From contig CBDFLQ010000006.1 in assembly GCA_965249275.1 (NCBI GenBank), positions 576,001-640,000 on the forward strand: DNA of 64,000 nt, in the 5' to 3' direction. A program made the translations under genes and the position numbers. Source of the stretch: Dehalococcoidia bacterium (GTDB lineage: Bacteria > Chloroflexota > Dehalococcoidia > Plut-88900). Below, piece after piece: positions 11,506 through 19,834 of this stretch. Positions within the stretch are counted from its first letter, which is position 1, and each line of letters opens with the position of its first letter. Under the pieces are notes generated by a model. It did not search any database. It was not told the origin of the DNA and was given only the letters and a program-made list of their open reading frames with translations.

Positions 11506-12777
11506 CTATCGAGCGCTTCCGCTCACCTCTTCCGGGCCCGTTCCTTCCACCTGGGCCGGTATTCCTGCCTCCGCCTCGGAGTGCTCGTCATGGCCGTGAG
11601 CCGTGACTGCTATGACAGCAAACATCAAGGTGAGCACGGCGAAGATGGTGGCCTGGATGAACCCGACAAACAGCTCCAACCCGTAGAAAGGCACCGCTAG
11701 GCCCAGGGGAATCAGGAACATCATTACGAAAATCAGGATTTCCCCGGCGAACATGTTGCCAAAAAGCCGGAAGGTGAAGCTGATCAGTCTAGCGATCTCG
11801 CTGACGCCCTCCAGCATTCCAACCAACAGGTCTAAGAACCCCGTGCTGATCCCGCGTCTGAATCCACTCAAATTAATGAATTTGCCGCCGTAGCCTAAGA
11901 AGCCGAGAGACCTGATACCCCAGAATTCAATGAAAAACATAGCTATTAAGGCGATGGCCAGGGTTGTGTTCAGTCCCGTGTTGGCGTTCCTGAACAGCGG
12001 TATCAGCAGACCGACGTTTTGGCCCTCAGGCTGGCCATACTCGATATGGCCGTCCTCGAAGTGGATGTGATCATCGGCGTATTCCGCCGCGGACATGCTC
12101 TGTTCGAAGAGGGCGAAGGGCATTACCCGGAAGGGGCCGACCTCGTCCCAGACATGGAGGTCCTTACCTTCCAACTCAGAGTAGATCTGCTTGCCGACGT
12201 GGTCGTTCGGGGCCGCGGACCTCTCGGACTCGTCCCAGTCCAGGAAGACTTCGAGTTCGTGCTCCGCCTCGGTGAGGGTGAGGTGAGGTTCGACCTCTTC
12301 GGCTTTCTCCTCGATGATGTGGTGGACCACTTCCTCCGCCGCCTCCATTCGCCCGACAGTGCCGAAGCCCGGAACCAGGCTGATCCAGTTATTGATAATT
12401 ATGAAGATGAAGATAGTGACGACAAGGGGATAGAAGCGCCGGCCATTTTTTGCTCCGGCTATCGACTCCACCAGTCCTAGCAGCCAGGATAGCACGGCCT
12501 CGACAAGGTTCTGCAGGCCCCGGGGCACCATGCCCAGCTTCCGGGTCGCGAAGTAGGCGAGAATGAAGATGACGGCGAGACCGACCCAAGAAGAGAGGAT
12601 GGTGTTGGTGAGGTTGAAGTCGCCGATTGGGCCGAGGGGGATGAGTTCCTTGCCGAGATTCTCGGGCTTGATCTGGATGGCGGGGAAGGGGAAGCGGAGG
12701 ATGGTGTGACTGATAATAAGAGATAGGATGACCAGGACGAGGGCCAGAAGGAACTTAGGTCGGCGAATTAATCCCAC
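11506..12777 (-). CDS. atpB: ATP synthase F0 subunit a with a large His/acidic insertion
   Basis: VPRGLQN.VE, NNW..LVPG, essential Arg in SFTFRLFGNMFAG, FVGFIQA. GTG start at 12777 overlaps the upstream stop (TAGTG). Confidence 0.95.
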   Translation of the reverse strand: MGLIRRPKFLLALVLVILSLIISHTILRFPFPAIQIKPENLGKELIPLGPIGDFNLTNTILSSWVGLAVIFILAYFATRKLGMVPRGLQNLVEAVLSWLLGLVESIAGAKNGRRFYPLVVTIFIFIIINNWISLVPGFGTVGRMEAAEEVVHHIIEEKAEEVEPHLTLTEAEHELEVFLDWDESERSAAPNDHVGKQIYSELEGKDLHVWDEVGPFRVMPFALFEQSMSAAEYADDHIHFEDGHIEYGQPEGQNVGLLIPLFRNANTGLNTTLAIALIAMFFIEFWGIRSLGFLGYGGKFINLSGFRRGISTGFLDLLVGMLEGVSEIARLISFTFRLFGNMFAGEILIFVMMFLIPLGLAVPFYGLELFVGFIQATIFAVLTLMFAVIAVTAHGHDEHSEAEAGIPAQVEGTGPEEVSGSAR

Positions 12778-13010
12778 TAACGGTCTTCCTTGCGGTCGGT
12801 ATTTCTCTTCAGCAGGGGGGACACCATCCGGAACATACCCCAAAAGGCCGCCAGTATGCCTAGAGCCAGTCCTACAAGGGTCAAGATCGGGGCGGTATCA
12901 GCCCAACGATCTATTAGAAGACCGCCTGCCACACCTATCCCGATGGCCGTGACTACATACCAACCCAAGCCCAAAAGCCGCAGAATATCCAGCCACTGCC
13001 TTCTGTCCAA
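12777..13010 (-). CDS. AtpZ/AtpI-family ATP synthase accessory membrane protein
   Basis: Two TM helices with the G..ID.W..T.P...L.G..LG pattern; first gene of the atp operon. Confidence 0.85.
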   Translation of the reverse strand: MDRRQWLDILRLLGLGWYVVTAIGIGVAGGLLIDRWADTAPILTLVGLALGILAAFWGMFRMVSPLLKRNTDRKEDR

Positions 13011-13028
13011 GACCCCCTCCCGTTCCGG

Positions 13029-13064
13029 TCGTGCATTATATCACAATGAAAATTGGAGAGGCAA
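13029..13064 (-). promoter_or_regulatory. atp operon promoter overlapped by a Rex-like operator
   Basis: Minus strand: TTGCCT (13064-13059), 18 nt spacer, TGA-TATAAT (13040-13035). The -10 lies inside the 18-bp palindrome TTGTGATATAATGCACGA (13046-13029). Confidence 0.65.
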
Positions 13065-13161
13065 GGCCGGGTGAGACCAAGTTTGGAAAACGAATAGGTT
13101 TGGGGGGAGTCCTCCTAAAACTTGTCTTTGATTTGGACCACGTGAGTGACGACAACGCTAC

Positions 13162-13196
13162 TGGATTCCAGTGTCGGGGCACGGGGATAACGGAGA
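13162..13196 (-). repeat. REP-like palindromic repeat, copy 1 (degenerate)
   Basis: Minus strand TCTCCGTTATCCCCGTGCCCCGACACTGGAATCCA; 32/35 identical to 29691-29725. Confidence 0.8.
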
Positions 13197-13234
13197 GAAA
13201 TGGGGCAAGGGGAGGGGAGATTGGAGGATAGGGG

Positions 13235-13446
13235 TCATGCGTTGTCAAGGTCTCTTTTGGATATGCCCAAGTTGCGGATGATCCTTAGAAGCGTTCCCGG
13301 TTTAAATTAGCGATTGCCGTGGTGTGGTATGGGCGATGTGGCTCCCGTCTTGTCGTTCGCCCATATTTCGTGGCTCCCCCCGTGCTTGACGGAAAATCAC
13401 GCAAACCCAGCCGTCGGAGTTTGCGCGTCAACTCCCTATGGGTCAA
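13235..13446 (-). pseudogene. hicA: HicA-family toxin pseudogene
   Basis: Removing two +1 insertions gives MTHRELTRKLRRLGCVIFRQARGSHEIWANDKTGATSPIPHHGNR*FKPGTLLRIIRNLGISKRDLDNA. GSH and P.H..GTL..I motifs present; internal TAA. Confidence 0.85.
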
Positions 13447-13504
13447 ACGGAAATCTTGCGCACACTCGGCTGAGAAGAACGGTGGGCATCGGTCTCCAAG
13501 GGCA

Positions 13505-13720
13505 TCACACGGGGGGTAAAGCGTATCCCCGTTCCTGATAGGTCAGAATGGTGGCCGCCACAACGCTTTCCAATATGGCGATGGTCTCTTCAGGAGTATC
13601 CCCCCATGCGACACAGCTGGGGAAAGACGAGACCTCTGCCATGTACTTGTCCGGTTCTGTTGATTCCGCTGGAGCGTACATGGCGCAAAGCAGGCGGTAG
13701 CGTTTATTGCTTGTAGTCAC
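13505..13720 (-). CDS. hicB: HicB-family antitoxin (possibly frameshift-truncated)
   Basis: YMAEVSSFPSCVAWGDTPEETIAIL...G..LP pattern. A shifted frame continues to a TGA that overlaps the hicA start. Confidence 0.8.
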   Translation of the reverse strand: MTTSNKRYRLLCAMYAPAESTEPDKYMAEVSSFPSCVAWGDTPEETIAILESVVAATILTYQERGYALPPV

Positions 13721-13864
13721 CTCAGACCTCCCGGCTCGGGGAATAGAGAAACCGGTTCGTAAAGCAAGTATTCCGCAATCTCCGCGCGCTGGTCAAGGAG
13801 GGCAACTGGCATAGCGGCCATGGGTGTTATGCAAAACGTAGGGAGGTCAGGGGAGGAGTAGAGC

Positions 13865-14416
13865 CTATTCGGACTCTGCCGACTTCTTTTTGCCGAAGTC
13901 TTCCAAGTCCAGGCTGTCCACGAAGTCCCGGAACGCCGACAGCCGTTTCAGCTCTGCCTCATCGACGGGTTTAATGTCCGCAGCGTCGGCGGCAATGATC
14001 GGTTTGCCCGTCTCCTTGTCCAGGATGACCCCTGCCTTCTCCAGGACGATCTCCTCCACGAAGATGGGGGCTTTGACCCGAACCGCGAGGGCCAGGGCGT
14101 CGCTGGGGCGGGAGTCGACTTCCACCGTCTTGCCGTTGCTTTCGATCATGATCTTGGCGAAGAATGTCTCGTTGTTCAGGTCTGAGACGACAATCGAGTT
14201 GACCGCCGCGCCCAAGTCCCCGATGACCGACTGCAACAGATCGTGGGTCAAGGGCCGGGGCACGGACACGTCCTGAAGTTTGACGGCAATAGCGTCTGCC
14301 TCGGCAGGGCCGATCCATATGGGAAGGTAACGGTCTGCGTCCTTCTCCTTAAGGATGACCACCCGCTGATAGTTCATCAGGCTGACGCGGATGCTTTCTA
14401 TGGTGACTTCAAGCAT
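13865..14416 (-). CDS. Bifunctional nuclease domain protein (DUF151/BFN)
   Basis: RYLPIWIGPAEA.AI, RPLTHDL, DSRPSDALALA. Confidence 0.93.
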   Translation of the reverse strand: MLEVTIESIRVSLMNYQRVVILKEKDADRYLPIWIGPAEADAIAVKLQDVSVPRPLTHDLLQSVIGDLGAAVNSIVVSDLNNETFFAKIMIESNGKTVEVDSRPSDALALAVRVKAPIFVEEIVLEKAGVILDKETGKPIIAADAADIKPVDEAELKRLSAFRDFVDSLDLEDFGKKKSAESE

Positions 14417-14449
14417 GGTATGGCTCTTCGCAACGAGGGCTATGAGTCC

Positions 14450-14479
14450 ATTCTAGCTTACACAATTTTTGGGTGTCAA
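14450..14479 (-). promoter_or_regulatory. sigma70-type promoter of the DUF151 gene
   Basis: Minus strand TTGACA (14479-14474), 18 nt spacer, TAGAAT (14455-14450). Confidence 0.65.
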
Positions 14480-15645
14480 TCGACTTTTGGCGCACCCGAC
14501 CCGAGAAACTTGCCAAGCACCTCTTCCGTATCCCCTCCGTGAAGGGGCGCGGCTCCCGTGACATCGGCTTGGGTGCGGGAAAATCTGATGGGGTTGTTTA
14601 CCATCTTCACCGTTCCCGACTCCGGGTGGGGCACGTCGATAATCATGCCGCGCGCCTTAGTATGCTCGTCGGCGACAACGTCGGCGATGTTGTTCACGGG
14701 GCCGCAGGGGATTTGGGCCTCGGTGAGCTCTTCGAGCCACTGGGCCGTCGATTTCCTGCGCATCCCCTCTTCGATTATGGGGTTCAGGTCATCATAGTTG
14801 AGTGTTCGATCCCAACTGGTCGTAAATCTCTCATCGTCAATGAGGTCCACTCTGTCAATGAGGGCACAGAAAATGGGCCACTGGTCCTTGGCCCCGCCGA
14901 CAAATGCGAGAGCTACATATCCATCGCTGGTGGCGTACACCTGGAATGGAGTCGTGACCGGGTGCCGGGTGCCGATGGGCGTAGGCACCTCACCGGTGGT
15001 GAAGTATCGGGCGAAGGCGTTTTCCAACACGGCCATCTGGCAGTCAAGCATGGCCACGTCGATCATCTGGCCGACGCCGCTCCGGTCTCGTTCGTGGAGG
15101 GCAGACAGGATTCCGATGGTGGTGAAGAGGCCTGCGGTGATGTCGCCGAGAGAGGAGCCGGGCCTGACCGGCGGGCGTCCGGGCTCGCCGGTGATACTCA
15201 TAATACCGCCCATCGCCTGAACTATTATGTCTAGTGCTGGGCGTTTTGTGTAGGGCCCCCACTGCCCGAACCCCGAGACCGCTGCATAAATCAACTTCGG
15301 GTGGCGCTGACTTAAGACTTCGTAGTCCAGGCCGAGGCGCTTCATCACGCCGGGGACAAAGTTCTCGACCAGCACGTCGAAGTGGTCCAGCAATTCCAGA
15401 AATGTCTGCTTGTCGCCTTCGTCCTTGAGATCCAGGATGACGCTCTTCTTGCCCCGGTTGATGCTCATGAAATAGGAGCTTTGGCCATCGACGAAGGGCC
15501 CCGTGCCCCGGGCCATGTCTCCGCCCTCGGGGCGTTCCACCTTGATAACCTCCGCCCCGAGATCGGACATGACCATCGTTGCATAGGGCCCGGCAAGCAC
15601 CCTGGTAAGGTCTAGAACTTTCACACCATCTAGTGGACCGGCCAA
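14476..15645 (-). CDS. CoA-transferase family III (CaiB/BaiF)
   Basis: GPLDGVKVLDLTRVLAGPY, DLGAEVIKVE, NRGKKS, ENF.PG, SGFGQ.GP, LGD..AG. Confidence 0.95.
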   Translation of the reverse strand: MAGPLDGVKVLDLTRVLAGPYATMVMSDLGAEVIKVERPEGGDMARGTGPFVDGQSSYFMSINRGKKSVILDLKDEGDKQTFLELLDHFDVLVENFVPGVMKRLGLDYEVLSQRHPKLIYAAVSGFGQWGPYTKRPALDIIVQAMGGIMSITGEPGRPPVRPGSSLGDITAGLFTTIGILSALHERDRSGVGQMIDVAMLDCQMAVLENAFARYFTTGEVPTPIGTRHPVTTPFQVYATSDGYVALAFVGGAKDQWPIFCALIDRVDLIDDERFTTSWDRTLNYDDLNPIIEEGMRRKSTAQWLEELTEAQIPCGPVNNIADVVADEHTKARGMIIDVPHPESGTVKMVNNPIRFSRTQADVTGAAPLHGGDTEEVLGKFLGSGAPKVD

Positions 15646-15739
15646 ATCGTCCTCCTCCGGGGAGCCTGCACTCCCGAATAAGTCACGGATAAAGAAAGTT
15701 TACTACAGGGGCGTTGGGGCGCGGGATGGATGCAACCCT

Positions 15740-17035
15740 TTATTCGTCCCCGACGAGTTGCAGAAGGTCATCATAGCTGGAGACCCGTGACATAGTTTCT
15801 ATGAATTCCTTGAGAGTGGCGCTTTGCTCACGCACTTGCTGCACCTGATCACCGATGGGGCTTACGGCAGTCGGTCGGTCGGCATAGGAGCCATGGAATG
15901 CGAAATAGGCCTGGTTCAGCTTGCGGAGAAAGTAGCCGTTGTCGGCAAAGACTAGCCGCCGAGCCTCCATATGGGATTCCGCTTCCTCGATTCTCCCTTC
16001 GGCCAGAAGACGGTCGGCCTCCAGCCGGGTCTCCCGCATCTCGCGGTTGAAACTGAAGGCGGGGGGAGCGGGGATGGATTCCGGCTCGGGGGCCGGAATG
16101 ACGGAGGGGGTGGGGGGTGGGGGCTGTGGGGTGTCTTCCATGTAATATCTTTCGTAGGCGGCGTTACCGACCTCGTCCCCCGTGATGTTCGCGACGGTCT
16201 CGTTGATCGTGACCATCTCGCCGGACGACCAGTAGTTCCGGCCCAGGGGGTAGAAGACGAGGTAGTGATGGAACCATTCGTGGGCCACAGTGCGCAACGT
16301 GTATTGCACGTTGGCAGACGCACCGACGACAGCTGGAAAGGTCGCCACTCCCCCGGTGTCGACGACCAGGGCGGAGTATTCGCCTTCCACCCCCTCTACC
16401 TCATTCTCGATATCCTCCCTGGCGCCGAGGCCTAAACCGGGGGTCAGAAGGCGCGTCGACTCAAGCTCTATCCTGTCTCTCGGTGAGATGACCAGTACAG
16501 GAGGAGAGTTTTCGTACTTGAAGTCGACGGGCGGGAACAGGTAGCCGTCCGCGTCCAGGAATCCTATGCGCCAGGACATGCCTTCCTCGGCCAGAATGCC
16601 GCTTACCTGTCCTTCTATAAGCTCTTCGACACGGGACTGGATTTCCAGCCTCTGCCCGTCCGTCTCTGCCCGCTCGTTCTCCAGATCTGACACGGGTACG
16701 CCGAGGGCCACGGCCCGTGTTATTTCTCCATCTATGCGATTCACTTCGCCGGTCAGTCGGGCGTATTCCCGGACCTCCGCGATGGCGTCCTCTTCGGACA
16801 ATCCCTCATCGAAGAGCGAGGAAGCCCTGGAGAGCCACTTGTCGAAGAAATTCCTCAGCTCCCAGGCAACAACGTCGTGGTCATGGCCGTGGATTGCAAT
16901 CCCGACGCGGTCTCGGGTCTGGGGAGAGGAGGACAGCAGCAAAACCAATGCGAACAAGATCAGGCAGAGGGCGGCTAGTCGGGCCCGCCTGTTGCGCAAA
17001 AGGAGCTTGGCAGAATATCCCAATTTGGTAAGCAT
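15740..17035 (-). CDS. Membrane-anchored putative zinc metallopeptidase (gluzincin-like HEXXH...NE)
   Basis: N-terminal hydrophobic helix; AHEWFHH followed about 18 aa later by INETVA; C-terminal LNQAYFAFHGSY. ATG 17035 chosen as start. Confidence 0.7.
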   Translation of the reverse strand: MLTKLGYSAKLLLRNRRARLAALCLILFALVLLLSSSPQTRDRVGIAIHGHDHDVVAWELRNFFDKWLSRASSLFDEGLSEEDAIAEVREYARLTGEVNRIDGEITRAVALGVPVSDLENERAETDGQRLEIQSRVEELIEGQVSGILAEEGMSWRIGFLDADGYLFPPVDFKYENSPPVLVISPRDRIELESTRLLTPGLGLGAREDIENEVEGVEGEYSALVVDTGGVATFPAVVGASANVQYTLRTVAHEWFHHYLVFYPLGRNYWSSGEMVTINETVANITGDEVGNAAYERYYMEDTPQPPPPTPSVIPAPEPESIPAPPAFSFNREMRETRLEADRLLAEGRIEEAESHMEARRLVFADNGYFLRKLNQAYFAFHGSYADRPTAVSPIGDQVQQVREQSATLKEFIETMSRVSSYDDLLQLVGDE

Positions 17036-17185
17036 GATCTCGCCCGGGCCGAGGGTGCTCGGCCACTTTTCAGGATAGCACCCCGATGCCTGTCTATCTG
17101 ACCTCTGAGGGCCGGTATTGCAGGGATGCCGTACTTTTCCATACAATGACCCTGTTCTACAGATCAGGGGGAGGTCTGAGCAGTT

Positions 17186-19249
17186 ATGCAGAGCTACAAG
17201 TCCGAGTCAATCAGAAACGTGGCGCTCCTTTCCCACAGCAAGGCAGGCAAGACATCACTGTCCGAGGCCATACTCTTCAACGCTGGGCACACTACCCGGT
17301 TGGGCAGGGTTGAAGACGGGAACACCACCTCCGACTACGAGCCGGAGGAGGTGAATCGGGGAGGAAGCATCCAACTGACCCTCCTTCCCTATGAATGGAA
17401 CGGCACGAAGGTCAACTTGATAGACACGCCGGGCTATGCTGACTTCTTCGGGGAGGTGGTAGCCGCCCTGAAGGTCGCCGACTCCGCTCTGCTGGTGGTC
17501 TGCGCAGCCTCCGGCATAGAGGTAGGAACCGAGCTTATGTGGGGGGAAATCTCCGCCCGCGAACTGCCGGCGATGATACTGCTCAACAAGATGGACCGGG
17601 AAAACGCAGACTTTGCAGCCGTGCTGGAAAAGATCCAGGACCAGTTCGGCCGGAAGTGCGTGGCCATTCAGCTACCAATCGGTGCAGAGTCAGATTTCAA
17701 AGGCGTGATAGACCTCATAACCATGAAGGCCAAGGGGCCCGAGGACCAGGACATAGAAATTCCCGCCGACCTCGCCGACCAGGCCCGGATCCTCCGGGAC
17801 GCCATGGCCGAGGCCGTAGCCGAGGGCGATGACGACCTTACCATGAAGTACCTGGAGGGAGAGGAGCTAACGCAAGAGGAGCTGGTGAAAGGCCTCGCCG
17901 AAGGTGTGAAATCAGGGGCCATAGTCCCGGTTATGGCGGCTGCGGCCCAGTCCAACACCTGTGTGAAGGCGATTATGGACAACATCAGCGCCTACATGCC
18001 CTCCCCCATCGACAGGGGGGGTGTGACCGCGAAGGACCTCGTGTCCGAGGAAACGATCACCCTCAACGGCGACGGCAACAGCCCACTAACCGCCTTCGTT
18101 TTCAAGACCGCCGCCGACCCCTTCGTCGGCAAGTTGTCCTATTTCCGGGTGTACTCCGACATTCTGCACAGCGACTCCCAGGTCTGGAACTCGGGCAAGA
18201 ACTCCGGCGAGAAGATAAGCCAACTCTTCATGGCCAGGGGCAAATCCCAGGAGAACGTGACCGAGGTAGTCACAGGAGACATCGGCTCGGTGGCGAAGCT
18301 GTCGGCGACTAACAGTGGTGACACGTTGTGCAACCGAGACAGGCCCCTGGACCTCGGCGGAATCGATTTCCCGTCCTCACCCCTCTCCGTCGCTGTGCTG
18401 GCCAAGTCCAAGTCGGACATCGACAAGCTGGGCTCCTCCCTCGCCCGCCTGGTGGAAGAAGACCCGACTCTGAAACTCGGAATTGATCCCGACACCGGAC
18501 AGATGCTGCTGTGGGGAATGGGAGAGGCCCATATCGACACGACGCTGCAGAAATTGGAGCGAAAGTTCTCGGTGGAGGTGGTCACCGAGATACCCCGGAT
18601 ACCGTACAAGGAAACCATCACCATGCCCATCAAGTCCGAGTACAAGCACAAGAAGCAGACCGGTGGGCACGGGCAGTACGGGCACGTGAAGATACAGTTG
18701 GAGCCCATGCCGCCGGGATCCGGGATAGAGTTTGCGCAGAAGGTAGTCGGGGGCAACGTGCCGAAGAACTACATACCGGCAGTTGAGAAGGGCGTTATGG
18801 AAGCGGCGCAGGGTGGCGTGCTCACCGACTTCCCAATGGTCGACGTGAAGGTGACCCTGTACGACGGCAGCTCCCATCCCGTGGACTCATCCGACATGTC
18901 CTTTAAGATAGCCGGGGCACAGGCCTTCAGAAAAGGAGCGACCCAGGGCAACCCCGCCCTCCTGGAACCGGTGATGCACGTGAAGATCACCGTCCCTGAC
19001 ACTTACACGGGAGACGTTATAGGCGACCTGAACACGAAGCGGGGCCGGGTGCTGGGGATGGAGCCTCAGAACGGGAAGACGGTGATTGAAGCGGAAGTCC
19101 CGCAGGCCGAGATAGTCCGCTACGCCGTGGACCTGAGATCGATTACCCAGGGGCGCGGGACCTACGCCACGGAGTTCGCGCACTACGACGAGCTGCCCGC
19201 TCACCTGACCCAAAAAATCGTCGAGAAGCTGCAGAAGGAGAGCGGGTAA
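17186..19249 (+). CDS. Elongation factor G-like paralog (EF-G2)
   Basis: Full EF-G architecture ([21 protein letters not shown]). G1 SHSKAGKTS and switch I RGGSI are divergent. Confidence 0.92.
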   Translation: MQSYKSESIRNVALLSHSKAGKTSLSEAILFNAGHTTRLGRVEDGNTTSDYEPEEVNRGGSIQLTLLPYEWNGTKVNLIDTPGYADFFGEVVAALKVADSALLVVCAASGIEVGTELMWGEISARELPAMILLNKMDRENADFAAVLEKIQDQFGRKCVAIQLPIGAESDFKGVIDLITMKAKGPEDQDIEIPADLADQARILRDAMAEAVAEGDDDLTMKYLEGEELTQEELVKGLAEGVKSGAIVPVMAAAAQSNTCVKAIMDNISAYMPSPIDRGGVTAKDLVSEETITLNGDGNSPLTAFVFKTAADPFVGKLSYFRVYSDILHSDSQVWNSGKNSGEKISQLFMARGKSQENVTEVVTGDIGSVAKLSATNSGDTLCNRDRPLDLGGIDFPSSPLSVAVLAKSKSDIDKLGSSLARLVEEDPTLKLGIDPDTGQMLLWGMGEAHIDTTLQKLERKFSVEVVTEIPRIPYKETITMPIKSEYKHKKQTGGHGQYGHVKIQLEPMPPGSGIEFAQKVVGGNVPKNYIPAVEKGVMEAAQGGVLTDFPMVDVKVTLYDGSSHPVDSSDMSFKIAGAQAFRKGATQGNPALLEPVMHVKITVPDTYTGDVIGDLNTKRGRVLGMEPQNGKTVIEAEVPQAEIVRYAVDLRSITQGRGTYATEFAHYDELPAHLTQKIVEKLQKESG

Positions 19250-19294
19250 CAGGCGGCGGGACTGGGGAGTTCCTCTCCTACAACGGTAAATTTT

Positions 19295-19333
19295 AAAAGA
19301 GGCCGCCACGCTAAGCGTGGCGGCCTCTTTTTT
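19295..19333. terminator. Bidirectional intrinsic terminator
   Basis: AAAAGAGGCCGCCACGC-TAA-GCGTGGCGGCCTCTTTTTT between convergent genes. Confidence 0.9.
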
Positions 19334-19357
19334 GTTTTCGGAAGTGGCGGGAATAGC

Positions 19358-19795
19358 CTACTTGGGCGCTTCCCAAAGGGTGTAGTAGTTCTTGCCCGTA
19401 ATTACTGCGGCAATTTCCTCGGCGTCAAGCTGTAGCAGCTTCTCGTAGCAGGTGGTGCACTTGCCGATGATTTCCCGGTTCCCGGTACTCATCATCCGCT
19501 CGATGATCTTGCCCCAGAGGCCCAGGCGCTTGAGGCTCCTGACCTGCTTGGGCCAGGGAATGATGGTGACGCTTTCGGGGCGGGGGAAGCGGGGGCGCAT
19601 TCGCTTTATGGAACGGAGCCGATCATCGACGGATTCGGCCATGGGAACGACACGGGCCATAGGGCCGTCTTCCAAGTCCGACCGGGTGTCGAGCACCAGG
19701 GACTTGCGAAGCATGGGGAAAAGTATAGAGATCACTTCGGCGGTCTCTATGGTTGTGGATATCTCGTCCAGGTCGATGCGAAATTCACCGTCCAT
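19358..19795 (-). CDS. Hypothetical protein downstream of etfA
   Basis: 145-aa ORF with RBS (GGAGGG), 39 nt after etfA; no recognised motif. Confidence 0.8.
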   Translation of the reverse strand: MDGEFRIDLDEISTTIETAEVISILFPMLRKSLVLDTRSDLEDGPMARVVPMAESVDDRLRSIKRMRPRFPRPESVTIIPWPKQVRSLKRLGLWGKIIERMMSTGNREIIGKCTTCYEKLLQLDAEEIAAVITGKNYYTLWEAPK

Positions 19796-19834
19796 CTGTT
19801 CCCTCCTGCCTGCTAAAAGACCAGGGAAGCCGAT

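Noticed and set aside
13505-13507. Selenocysteine or read-through at the hicB TGA
   Set aside because: No SECIS-like hairpin recognised; a frameshift at the adjacent C-run in a decaying locus is simpler.
14455-14470. Fourth Rex site at the DUF151 promoter (TTGTGTAA on the minus strand)
   Set aside because: Only one half-site; no matching second arm.
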